A DNA stretch of 64,000 bases from Methyloceanibacter sp. (lineage in GTDB: Bacteria; Pseudomonadota; Alphaproteobacteria; Rhizobiales; Methyloligellaceae): positions 20,021 through 84,020 of the forward strand of contig NZ_JBPCOU010000052.1 in NCBI RefSeq assembly GCF_050999895.1. Direction: 5' to 3'. A program made the translations under genes and the position numbers. Shown one piece after another: positions 19,601 through 27,874 of the stretch. The notes under the pieces are model-generated. The model was not told the origin of the DNA. It saw only the letters and a list, made by a program, of their open reading frames with translations, and ran no database searches. Each line of letters starts with the position of its first letter. The stretch's first letter is position 1.

Positions 19601-20235
19601 ACCGCAACTTCGGTCATGGCCGAGGCCATCAGCCTCAGCTCCTGCGCACGCCACACGAGTAGCGCAAGGAACCAGAAGATGGCGATAGGAATGACGATTG
19701 CGCCTGCGGCCGTGAGCAGCGCTGGGTTGGCGAACATTCCTGTTGCGCCTTCAGGTGCCGCCAGCTGCGTCGAAATAAGACCGAACGCGAAGGCGCCGCC
19801 GATGATGAACCATGCGAGCGAGGCAAACAGCGCGACGAGGAACGGCGAGCGCGACGGCCTCTGCTGCAAGGCGAAAATCAGTCCGCCGATGGAGGGCAAG
19901 TCGTCATTGGCGGCGGGTGGGGTGAAGCGGCGTTGGGCGGGGCCTGCGGGACGGCGCGAACGCGTGATCGCCTTTGGGGCCGGCGGGCCCATGGGTTCGG
20001 CGCTGTCGGCGGCCTTGCTGTCCTCGACGCGTGGCTCTTCACGACGGCGCTGGTCCGCGCTGAGGCGGTCTGCAAGGGAGGGTCGTTTCAGGCCCTCGGT
20101 GGCCTCTGCGGGAGGCGAAGTGTCCTCCGCCGCTCCTCCTAGAAAGAGCTTTTTATCAAGAGAGCCCTGAGTTTGATCCTTCGTCTCTTCCGACGCCGCG
20201 ACGTGCGGCGACTTCGCCTGTTCCTGCGCCATCAC
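16663..20235 (-). CDS. large membrane-anchored coiled-coil protein with apolipoprotein-like 11/22-residue repeats (GPR/RgsE-like polar growth protein)
   Basis: 1190 aa. Disordered N-terminus, two TM helices (FLVALFASLAWFIIGGAFAFGLI; AIVIPIAIFWFLALLVW), about 25 repeats of LDK(T/A)L.(D/E)RT..., then a conserved C-terminal domain (VWQRFRTGERGV...GRVYLLLAHASGRL). GTG 20235 / ATG 20232 behind GAGGA. Confidence 0.65.
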   Translation of the reverse strand: MMAQEQAKSPHVAASEETKDQTQGSLDKKLFLGGAAEDTSPPAEATEGLKRPSLADRLSADQRRREEPRVEDSKAADSAEPMGPPAPKAITRSRRPAGPAQRRFTPPAANDDLPSIGGLIFALQQRPSRSPFLVALFASLAWFIIGGAFAFGLISTQLAAPEGATGMFANPALLTAAGAIVIPIAIFWFLALLVWRAQELRLMASAMTEVAVRLAEPDKLAEQSVASLGQTIRRQVAAMNDAISRAIGRASELEALVHNEVAALERSYSENELRVRGLISELATEREALANNSERVSEALKGVGAQIARDITNASGGIDKKLAERGLQLTELLVARSNEAAEQVHKAQGKVAEHVPMLLERLGKEQTRLALVIEGAAKNLTALDSAVAEKTTALDNTMKERTDALNTTLISRIAALENSVGQGAIILDKTLKDRTDAFTAAVGENAFALDKTLKDRTEAFTAAVGQNAFALDKALSERTVAFTQSVDESTTNLDKALADRTTALISSIGEGAAVLNQTLKLGADGFAAAIDQHGSALDKVLSDRADALAESIDQRAGTLDKALAERTEAFATNIEERADALDKSLKDRTTQFTSAVNQGAIALDKTLAERGESFANSLAQRIKSLETTITDQVASVDKSLAERTETVTTALTERLKLIDVTFGQRTAEVDRALTHHTQATESTFAKQTSQLNQVLSTNSEMMRQTADQVGTQSKEAVSILTNQTQSLRQVSRGLLEQIHGLTQRFENQGQAILTAAKALDSSNSKIDSILESRHQSILSLLHVVNTKAQDLDNTMRSYAGIVENSLTHAETRAKQVTSTLARDTAGQAQQALAQIERLREEAQAHTGRAVADLKGSFETVITQIGRQLEQMRGQFDNTSRGMREAARQTASDLDTLRQEMQKRMESLPQQTAQATAAIRKALTDQLKEIEALTPVLTKAASQVNGADPYRQPAPRSQPLPPREEFRPVSQPSGQFTRPGGQFERPSGQFDLPPMPRFDLKGRQVASSMHEQTDIGQVASNLAQQLSGASQPRGARSEPRRSSQWSVGDLLARASEPTEEASYGNPVFSSREVPPPAANGHAQSLRLDELARAIDHRTAAEVWQRFRTGERGVLGRHIYSLDGQVTFDEINGRYQRDGEFRGTVDRYIGDFERLLAEAEQTDPEGGMLQNYLTSETGRVYLLLAHASGRLR
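18298..19122 (-). repeat. in-frame tandem coding repeats, 33/66-bp period
   Basis: The LDK/LE codon triplet recurs with its last base at 19089, 19056, 18990, 18957, 18891, 18825, 18759, 18561, 18495, 18429, 18363 (read directly), i.e. multiples of 33 nt. Confidence 0.85.
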
Positions 20236-20386
20236 ACGGTCCTCGTACGACTAAACGCGAGAGAAACTTTGCGCCTTGCTAACCCGCGAAGCGGCGCTGA
20301 GCGTCTTTAAAAGGGAAAGGCTTGCTCCCGGATGAACACACTATCCGGACCGGCCCGCCGACGCATTCCCCCGTCTGCCGATATCG

Positions 20387-20401
20387 TTAACGAATTTTTA
20401 G
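20387..20401. promoter_or_regulatory. near-consensus CtrA box TTAA-N7-TTAG
   Basis: TTAACGAATTTTTAG between the divergent repeat-protein gene (start 20235) and the Hpt gene (20670); one mismatch to TTAA-N7-TTAA. Confidence 0.3.
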
Positions 20402-20669
20402 GGATAACAAAAGCTGAATCGGGCATTATGGTTTACGCGAGGAAAAGCATCCGCGTAGACCCGAATTTCTCCCAAAAAACATGTGATATTCCGGTAACAC
20501 AAGTGGCCGAGTGGCGTCGAACCTGCCGCCAGCCTTGCCGGTCTTGAAGTCGCCAGATCGGATACCGCGCCGCAACAAATCCTGTCTCAATCGACCTCCA
20601 ATGCGCGGCCGCGCTGCCGCGGAAGCAAGGGGACGACATGGCGGCGAGCAGGACTCGGTGCGGATCGAT

Positions 20670-21017
20670 ATGGATATGGCGCGGTCCCGGCCCGTGGACC
20701 TCGTGCACCTGGCGCCTTACACTCTTGGCGAGCGCGCTCTCGAATGCGAGGTGCTGGGGCTCTTTTCCACGCAGTCTATTGTCTATGTCAATCGCCTCCG
20801 TGCGTCCTGGTCGGACCGGGAGTGGAGGGAGGCCGCCCACTCCCTCAAAGGTTCGGCGTTGGCCGTGGGGGCATGGCGCGCTGCCGAAGCGGCGCAAGGT
20901 GCCGAAGCGCTTCCTGCCGATGCGCTGATCGCATCACGCGATGCATGCCTGTCCGAGATCGAAGCGTCGGTGGCGGAAGCGAACGATTTTATCGCGTCGT
21001 TTGTGCAGGACCGCTGA
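20670..21017 (+). CDS. Hpt (histidine phosphotransfer) domain protein
   Basis: HSLKGSALAVGA matches the Hpt HxxKG motif in a four-helix-bundle-sized protein; start taken at MDMARS (alternative 20601). Confidence 0.7.
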   Translation: MDMARSRPVDLVHLAPYTLGERALECEVLGLFSTQSIVYVNRLRASWSDREWREAAHSLKGSALAVGAWRAAEAAQGAEALPADALIASRDACLSEIEASVAEANDFIASFVQDR

Positions 21018-21168
21018 AATGCGGCGGCGAAAATCCGCCCCAAAGCACTAGAGTCTCCGGGTTAATTGCACTATAGCAGCGCGTCGCGAGTGGCTCGTCC
21101 GCTTGCGCCTTCATCCTCGGGCACGCATATCCAAGGCGGCCCGGCTCCCGCGATCGGAAGACAATTAA

Positions 21169-22538
<1,370 letters not shown>

Positions 22539-22547
22539 GATTCGCCG

Positions 22548-23597
22548 CTACGCCAGCGAACGATAGACGGCGATCTCGTAGGGGCTGAAGAGCTTCGCTC
22601 GGATCCGCTGTGCCGGCGGCAGATCGACCCGCATGAACACAACACTCTGTTCGACAAGATCCGTCGCGATCGGATCAACGAGGACGAGATAAAGCCGTCG
22701 CGGCGATTCGCGGTAGGACGCCACAATGCTGTTCAGCACCTCCGCGAACACCTCGCGTGAAAAAGGGTTGAAGAAAAAATGCACGGCTTCGCCGTCGAGC
22801 GTGCCTAAGCCGGCGGCGTCCTCCAAGATGCACTCGACGTCGCGGCACTTCATGCGCGAGCGCGGGAACTGCGCAATATTCATGGTCGCGGCGTCGTGCA
22901 GCTCCGGGGCGAACTCGATCCCCCCGACCGCCTTGAAGGGGTACTGCGCCGCGAGCAGGAGGACGCGACCTTTCCCTGCGCCATAATCCACGAAACTCAA
23001 GCGGCTGAAGTCGAAGTCGATCGCCGCGAGCGCCCACTCGAACACGCAATAGGGGGTGGGCCGGTAGTCGTGGCCCTGGTCTCGATGGCTGCCCACGACG
23101 GTCAGTCCCTCGAGCGCGACGGTCTCTGCCGTTGGCACGAAGAAGAGGCGCTCGATGGAGCGGTCGAGCACGCCCACATGCAGCGCGAGCAGCCTGTCAT
23201 GATAATCGCTCTTCAGCCGTTCGGGCCGCGTCCGCTCTTTCAGTCTGGCCCCGGTCCGTTTGAGTTCTGGCAGCACGGTGTCGCGGCCTATCTCGGCGGC
23301 GCGCGTGAGGCCGGTATTGCTTGCGACAACCGCTGTCGTCGTGGCGCGCTTGGTGTGATCCGCGGTCTTGTCGGCGAGGATCGCGATCCGTTGCGCGACT
23401 TTACTCTGCGCCGCATCGCGCCGCATCGTACCCGCGCGCGCCCACCCGGATTTGCTCGCAGCAATCGCACGCGCCGTTGCGGCTTTCGTTCGCTGAAGCG
23501 CAGCGGCAGCCATCGCCGCCGCGCGTTTCCGCCGCGAAGCGACAGGCGTCTCCTCTGGCTTCGTGTCCTCCTCGGAATCGTGAGGCACAGCGGTCAT
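22548..23597 (-). CDS. class I SAM-dependent methyltransferase with about 120-aa low-complexity N-terminal extension
   Basis: Motif I FVDYGAGKGRVLL; Ala/Arg/Thr-rich N-terminus. Confidence 0.65.
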   Translation of the reverse strand: MTAVPHDSEEDTKPEETPVASRRKRAAAMAAAALQRTKAATARAIAASKSGWARAGTMRRDAAQSKVAQRIAILADKTADHTKRATTTAVVASNTGLTRAAEIGRDTVLPELKRTGARLKERTRPERLKSDYHDRLLALHVGVLDRSIERLFFVPTAETVALEGLTVVGSHRDQGHDYRPTPYCVFEWALAAIDFDFSRLSFVDYGAGKGRVLLLAAQYPFKAVGGIEFAPELHDAATMNIAQFPRSRMKCRDVECILEDAAGLGTLDGEAVHFFFNPFSREVFAEVLNSIVASYRESPRRLYLVLVDPIATDLVEQSVVFMRVDLPPAQRIRAKLFSPYEIAVYRSLA

Positions 23598-23661
23598 CGC
23601 TCATTTCCCCGGGCACATGCGTGAAGAGTCGGCAGCATCGCGGACCGACGCAAGGGCTTTT

Positions 23662-23677
23662 TTAACGCAACGTTAAC
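23662..23677. promoter_or_regulatory. perfect CtrA box TTAA-N7-TTAAC
   Basis: TTAACGCAACGTTAAC read directly, in the divergent methyltransferase / ECF sigma intergenic region. Confidence 0.4.
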
Positions 23678-23688
23678 CATAACGTTCC
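23664..23688 (-). promoter_or_regulatory. ECF-type (EcfG-like) promoter GGAAC-N16-CGTT
   Basis: Minus strand reads GGAAC gttatggttaacgttg CGTT; 67 nt upstream of the methyltransferase ATG (23597). Confidence 0.45.
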
Positions 23689-23710
23689 TGAATTAGGCTT
23701 CGATCAACGC

Positions 23711-24370
23711 GTGGCGGATTGTGATATCCTTTTGATTCGCGTGGAAGATTACTCCACGGCGTCTGTCCGGCACCACCCAGCGGCGGGGGAACAAGCGTTG
23801 CAGGCAGAAGAGCGTTACGATTCCGTCCGGCACGGCCTCATCGTCATGTTGCCTCGGCTGAAGCGCTTTGCCGACGTGCTTGTCGGCGAACGGCGGGAAG
23901 GCACGGCATTTCTTCGCCGCGCCCTGACGCGCATGCTGAACGAGCAGCATCGCTATCAACGCGGCACCATGCTCGACCGCTGGGCCTTTGCCGAGATCTA
24001 CCGGTCTTGGCTGCAGGAACTGCGCGATCACGCCGACCCGATGGGTCAGGCCAAGGCGGCGGAGGCGGATTTCGAGCGCCTCTTCCTCCACGAGGATGAC
24101 GAAGACTTCGACCCTGTCACAGCGAGCTTCCTCGGACATCTGCCGCCGCAGCAACGAAGCACGTTGCTTCTTGTGTACGCCGAGGGGTTCGATCACGAGG
24201 ACGCCGGCCGTGTCCTCGACTGTTCTGCAGATACCATCTCCGCGCGGCTTGTCCGCGCCAGCGCGAGCCTTGCCGATCGCTTGGGCTCGGACGTGCAGGA
24301 GCCGGCGAGCGCGACCATCGAAACGCTCTATCCCAAAGGGCAGAGGGACGATCATGACCGAACTCAGTGA
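23711..24370 (+). CDS. ECF-family RNA polymerase sigma factor (divergent region 2)
   Basis: Region 4 HTH LPPQQRSTLLLVYAEGFDHEDAGRVLDCSADTISARLVRA; region 2-like LPRLKRFADVL; start uncertain (GTG 23711). Confidence 0.75.
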   Translation: MADCDILLIRVEDYSTASVRHHPAAGEQALQAEERYDSVRHGLIVMLPRLKRFADVLVGERREGTAFLRRALTRMLNEQHRYQRGTMLDRWAFAEIYRSWLQELRDHADPMGQAKAAEADFERLFLHEDDEDFDPVTASFLGHLPPQQRSTLLLVYAEGFDHEDAGRVLDCSADTISARLVRASASLADRLGSDVQEPASATIETLYPKGQRDDHDRTQ

Positions 24371-25286
24371 CGAATTGCTGGTGGCCTATGTGGACGGCCA
24401 GCTTGCGCGCAAGCAGACCCGCGCCGTCGAGAAGGTGCTCGACCAGGACGATGTGATCGCGCGCCGTGCCCATGCCTTGCGCGATGCACATGCGCGTTTG
24501 GAAGCGGCTTTCGATGCGATCCTCGCGGGGGATGAAGCCGAGATTTCCATCTATGCGGGCCCGCCTATGGCCCGAGAGCCGGCACCGCGCCAGCGCGGCT
24601 TCCTAAAATTTGCGCTGGCCGGGACGGGGATCGCCATAGCGCTCGGCCTTATCGTTGCCGGCTATGGCTGGCCGCTGGCCATGCCGGAATTCCCCATGTT
24701 CAAATCCGGTAGCCCCACGCAACAGACGGCTCTTGCGGCGCCGTGGCGTCGCGAAGCGGCGAGAGCCCAAGCGTTTGCGAGCCGGGCAAGCCTGGAAGTG
24801 AGTCCGGAGAGCCAAGCCAATCGCGACCTCGTCACGTTGCAGTTCGCAAGCGCCATAGCGCCGACATTGAAATTTCCGGATCTACAGCCGCAAGGTTTCC
24901 GCTTCGTGCGCGCCCAGCTCTTGCGGGATGGCAACGAGCCGCTTGGGCTTATGCTCTATCTTCCGAAGGAAGGCGCTCCGCTCGCGCTCTATGCAAGGCG
25001 TGGGCAGGTCGAGGGCCTCCCTGTCTTCCAGCGCGAAGGAAATATTGGCGCTGTCGGGTGGTCGGAGGCGGGAGTCAGCTATCTCCTCGCCGGCGAACAA
25101 GACGACGACATGCTCCTGCGCCTGACCGAGAAGATCAGGCACGAACCGTTGCCGCCGGCGCCATCGCTGCCGCCGTTTGTCCCTGTCGCAACGGACAAGG
25201 CGCGCATTGGTCCTCTCCCGCACTCGCCACGCCCGACGAAAGCACTGTCGCGGTGGAACCCGAATGTGCCTTCACCGATACGGTAA
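24354..25286 (+). CDS. membrane-spanning anti-sigma factor
   Basis: N-terminal MTELSDELLVAYVDGQL...AVEKVL anti-sigma helix pattern, single TM (FALAGTGIAIALGLIVAGYGW); 17-nt overlap with the sigma gene; 3' part of track ORF 23988..25286. Confidence 0.65.
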   Translation: MTELSDELLVAYVDGQLARKQTRAVEKVLDQDDVIARRAHALRDAHARLEAAFDAILAGDEAEISIYAGPPMAREPAPRQRGFLKFALAGTGIAIALGLIVAGYGWPLAMPEFPMFKSGSPTQQTALAAPWRREAARAQAFASRASLEVSPESQANRDLVTLQFASAIAPTLKFPDLQPQGFRFVRAQLLRDGNEPLGLMLYLPKEGAPLALYARRGQVEGLPVFQREGNIGAVGWSEAGVSYLLAGEQDDDMLLRLTEKIRHEPLPPAPSLPPFVPVATDKARIGPLPHSPRPTKALSRWNPNVPSPIR

Positions 25287-25760
25287 TTAACGCGCGACCT
25301 TCGCATGGGGGGCATAGTCGCCGGCGAGGTAACGGGTCAGGTCTGCTCTGATCGCCGCCGTGCGCTCTTTGTTGCAATAACTGAGATTGTCTTTGATCGT
25401 GTCGATGACCGACTGGCGCGTATAATCGTAAGCACGCTCGATCTTCTGCATCTGGGCCGGCGGCGTTCCGGCTCGCGACTCTGACGCGAGGTAGTTTGCT
25501 CGGAGTTGCCCGGGATCGAAGATAAAGCCGCAATAGCTCGCCCGCGCCGACGTCCATGCCACTTGAATTGGACGCGCAAGTGGATCGTCCGGCTTGACCG
25601 TCCGCGCCTCGATATCGGTCGCGGCGCCCTCTTTATTTCTGGACGACCCGATCGTGCCGCAGCCTCCGACAAGCGTAAGCGCGAACCCTGCCGTGATGAC
25701 GCTCGCCGCGACTGCCATTCTTGTTGTTGTTTCGAGCATGATGGCGGGGATCTTATCCAT
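25287..25760 (-). CDS. hypothetical lipoprotein
   Basis: Lipobox LTLVGGCG after a hydrophobic segment; start MDKIP (25760), alternatives 25739 and 25718. Confidence 0.55.
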   Translation of the reverse strand: MDKIPAIMLETTTRMAVAASVITAGFALTLVGGCGTIGSSRNKEGAATDIEARTVKPDDPLARPIQVAWTSARASYCGFIFDPGQLRANYLASESRAGTPPAQMQKIERAYDYTRQSVIDTIKDNLSYCNKERTAAIRADLTRYLAGDYAPHAKVAR

Positions 25761-26318
25761 CGACCGCCAACGACTAAAGGGGAGAGCAGGGGAGATAAGC
25801 GCAAAACGCAAGAAAGGCGGAGCTTTGGGGCCCCGCCTCCCTGTGCGATGTCGAGCCTCACGCCCGTTCGGAGCGATCGGTCGGCGCCGCGAGACCTTTC
25901 GGTCTCTAATCACGTGGTCAGCCCCATGATTGCTCACGAAGCGACGGCGTGATCCGGCCCTAGCCCTTGTTTAGCGTCGCGTTGCTGCGGCGTGGTCCCC
26001 AACCTTGGCCGGGCCGGAACCGCGGGACAGCAGAGGAATTTGCGGTGCCAGGTATCCTGTCAACCTCGCCCCACGGTATTGCGGCAAAGCCGACAGACCG
26101 TGACACTTAGCGCCCGCCTACTCCTCCACCTTGAGCCACCCATGGCAGTGAATGACCTCGGGCTTGCCTAGCCCTATGAGCTTTCTGTCTGCTTCATGTG
26201 CTTTTGGATCTCTCCGCAGGCACACTCTGCAACCAGTCCCCTCACGCTTCAACCATACATGACGCGCAGAACGGCGCATGCAGGGTGGAGAGGTTATCCC
26301 CATTATCCACCGGTCATC

Positions 26319-26343
26319 GGAACGGAGCCGTGCGAACGACGTT
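26319..26343 (+). promoter_or_regulatory. ECF-type promoter GGAAC-N16-CGTT (P1 of cupin gene)
   Basis: GGAAC ggagccgtgcgaacga CGTT read directly. Confidence 0.45.
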
Positions 26344-26365
26344 CTTCGGTCATGGTCGACTCAGC

Positions 26366-26390
26366 GGAACGTAAAGCGGGAGGAGACGTC
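26366..26390 (+). promoter_or_regulatory. ECF-type promoter GGAAC-N16-CGTC (P2 of cupin gene)
   Basis: GGAAC gtaaagcgggaggaga CGTC read directly, 47 nt downstream of P1. Confidence 0.4.
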
Positions 26391-26411
26391 CCTCCCGAGA
26401 AGGGCGCGCCG

Positions 26412-26924
26412 GTGAGTGTCGAAACGCATCTTCTCGCCGACGATGGTCTCATCCCGAACAATCCGAAACTGCCGCTTGTCGTCTACCGTCAGGTGTTCGG
26501 CCGCAACGGGCTTGCCGCTGCGCCGGAACGCGCGTTCGACGACCTGTTCAAGGCGCATGGATGGGTAGGCAACTGGGTGAACGGCATCTACGACTTCCAG
26601 CACTACCATTCGACCGCCCATGAGGTGATTGGCATCGCGGCAGGCCGCGCCAATGTGCAATTTGGAGGTCCTCACGGCCTCGTTTGTGAGCTTCGCGCCG
26701 GTGACGTTGTGATGATTCCCGCAGGCGTTGGCCATTGCTGCTTGATCAGTAGGAACCTCGTCGTGGTCGGTGCCTATCCCTTCGGTCAGTACTGGGATCT
26801 TTGCCGCGACACAGAGTCCGATCGCGCCAAGGCTCTCGACAGTATCCCCTGGGTTCCATTGCCGCAGTCTGATCCCGTCCTCGGCTCGCGCGGGCCTCTT
26901 GTTGTATGCTGGCGCGACGACTAG
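26412..26924 (+). CDS. cupin domain protein (YjlB-like)
   Basis: HYHSTAHEVIGIAAG...GDVVMIPAGVGH cupin motifs. In-frame GTG 26412 behind GAGAAGGG lies downstream of both promoter motifs; the alternative ATG 26352 would place P2 inside the CDS. Confidence 0.65.
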   Translation: MSVETHLLADDGLIPNNPKLPLVVYRQVFGRNGLAAAPERAFDDLFKAHGWVGNWVNGIYDFQHYHSTAHEVIGIAAGRANVQFGGPHGLVCELRAGDVVMIPAGVGHCCLISRNLVVVGAYPFGQYWDLCRDTESDRAKALDSIPWVPLPQSDPVLGSRGPLVVCWRDD

Positions 26925-27019
26925 GCGTTTCCCTGGCCGCTGCGGCTTGTTATGCTTACGGCGGCCGTGCAGAGGGTTGCGCGTGATTCCGCGGTCCACT
27001 CCTGTTACCGGCAAATGTC

Positions 27020-27862
27020 ATGCATGCCTTGAATAGCCGCACGATCGGCATGGTCTTGCTCGCATACTTCTTGGCATTCGAAGCGACGCTTGTGCTGAGC
27101 GTGAACGCTCTCGGCATTCCCGGCCTTTTCCTTCTGCAGCTCGGCGAGACGACAGGTCCGCGCATCGTAGCGCGTAGCAGCGGCGGCGAGACCGTCATGG
27201 CCAAGGGACCGGGTGAAGATGCGGCACCCGCTGAGGTCGTGCCGGCAACAAAGCCCATTCCCATCGAAGCTGCACTCCCGTCAGCGAAGCTCGACGTCGA
27301 CACACTCGATCCGACCGCGCTCGTCGCGTCGCAAGCCGCAAAGACATCTGAGGGTAGCAATCGGCGCCCGGCTCCAACCACAGCCTTCATCGGCGGCACC
27401 GCGTCGCCCGAGACGCTGCCTTGGGATGCGATCGAGCCTGTGCCGTACCCGCGTGAAGCGTCGCTCGTGCCCGGAGCGCCGCCGCCGTCGCGTTTCGGTC
27501 CGTCCGTGCCCGCACCCGGTGCCGCGAGCGAACCCGCCTTCGACCTTTCAGCGTCGGCCGCCGGAGGATGGGTGAAGGCCAAATCCACTCAATTCAAAGG
27601 CGCAAACCGCGCGAGGCCGATGTTCCACTTCGAGCTTTGGGTCGAGCCTCCCGACGCCATCAAGCAGCGGCTCATCGCTGTCGCTTACGATGTCGAAGCT
27701 GGCGCCGTGCAACCGCGCGTACAGCAATCAAGAGAGCGCCAGACCGGGTTCCGGGTCGGTTTTGGAGGCCTGAGCTGCGCGGACAAAATCACGCTGACGC
27801 TGATGTTCGACGATGGCCGTTCGCAAGAGGTCGATATTGACGGCTGCAAGCTACCGGGCTGA
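27020..27862 (+). CDS. membrane-anchored hypothetical protein with Pro/Ala-rich linker and C-terminal beta-rich domain (possibly pYEATS-like)
   Basis: N-terminal TM IGMVLLAYFLAFEATLVLSV; C-terminus FHFELWVEPPDAIKQRLIAVAYDV...ITLTLMFDDGRSQEVDI. Confidence 0.5.
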   Translation: MHALNSRTIGMVLLAYFLAFEATLVLSVNALGIPGLFLLQLGETTGPRIVARSSGGETVMAKGPGEDAAPAEVVPATKPIPIEAALPSAKLDVDTLDPTALVASQAAKTSEGSNRRPAPTTAFIGGTASPETLPWDAIEPVPYPREASLVPGAPPPSRFGPSVPAPGAASEPAFDLSASAAGGWVKAKSTQFKGANRARPMFHFELWVEPPDAIKQRLIAVAYDVEAGAVQPRVQQSRERQTGFRVGFGGLSCADKITLTLMFDDGRSQEVDIDGCKLPG

Positions 27863-27874
27863 CCGGAACTCGGC

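Noticed and set aside
23988-24353. N-terminal 122 codons of the 432-aa ORF 23988..25286
   Set aside because: These codons overlap the ECF sigma gene in another frame. The anti-sigma protein begins at ATG 24354 (MTELSDELLVAYVDG).
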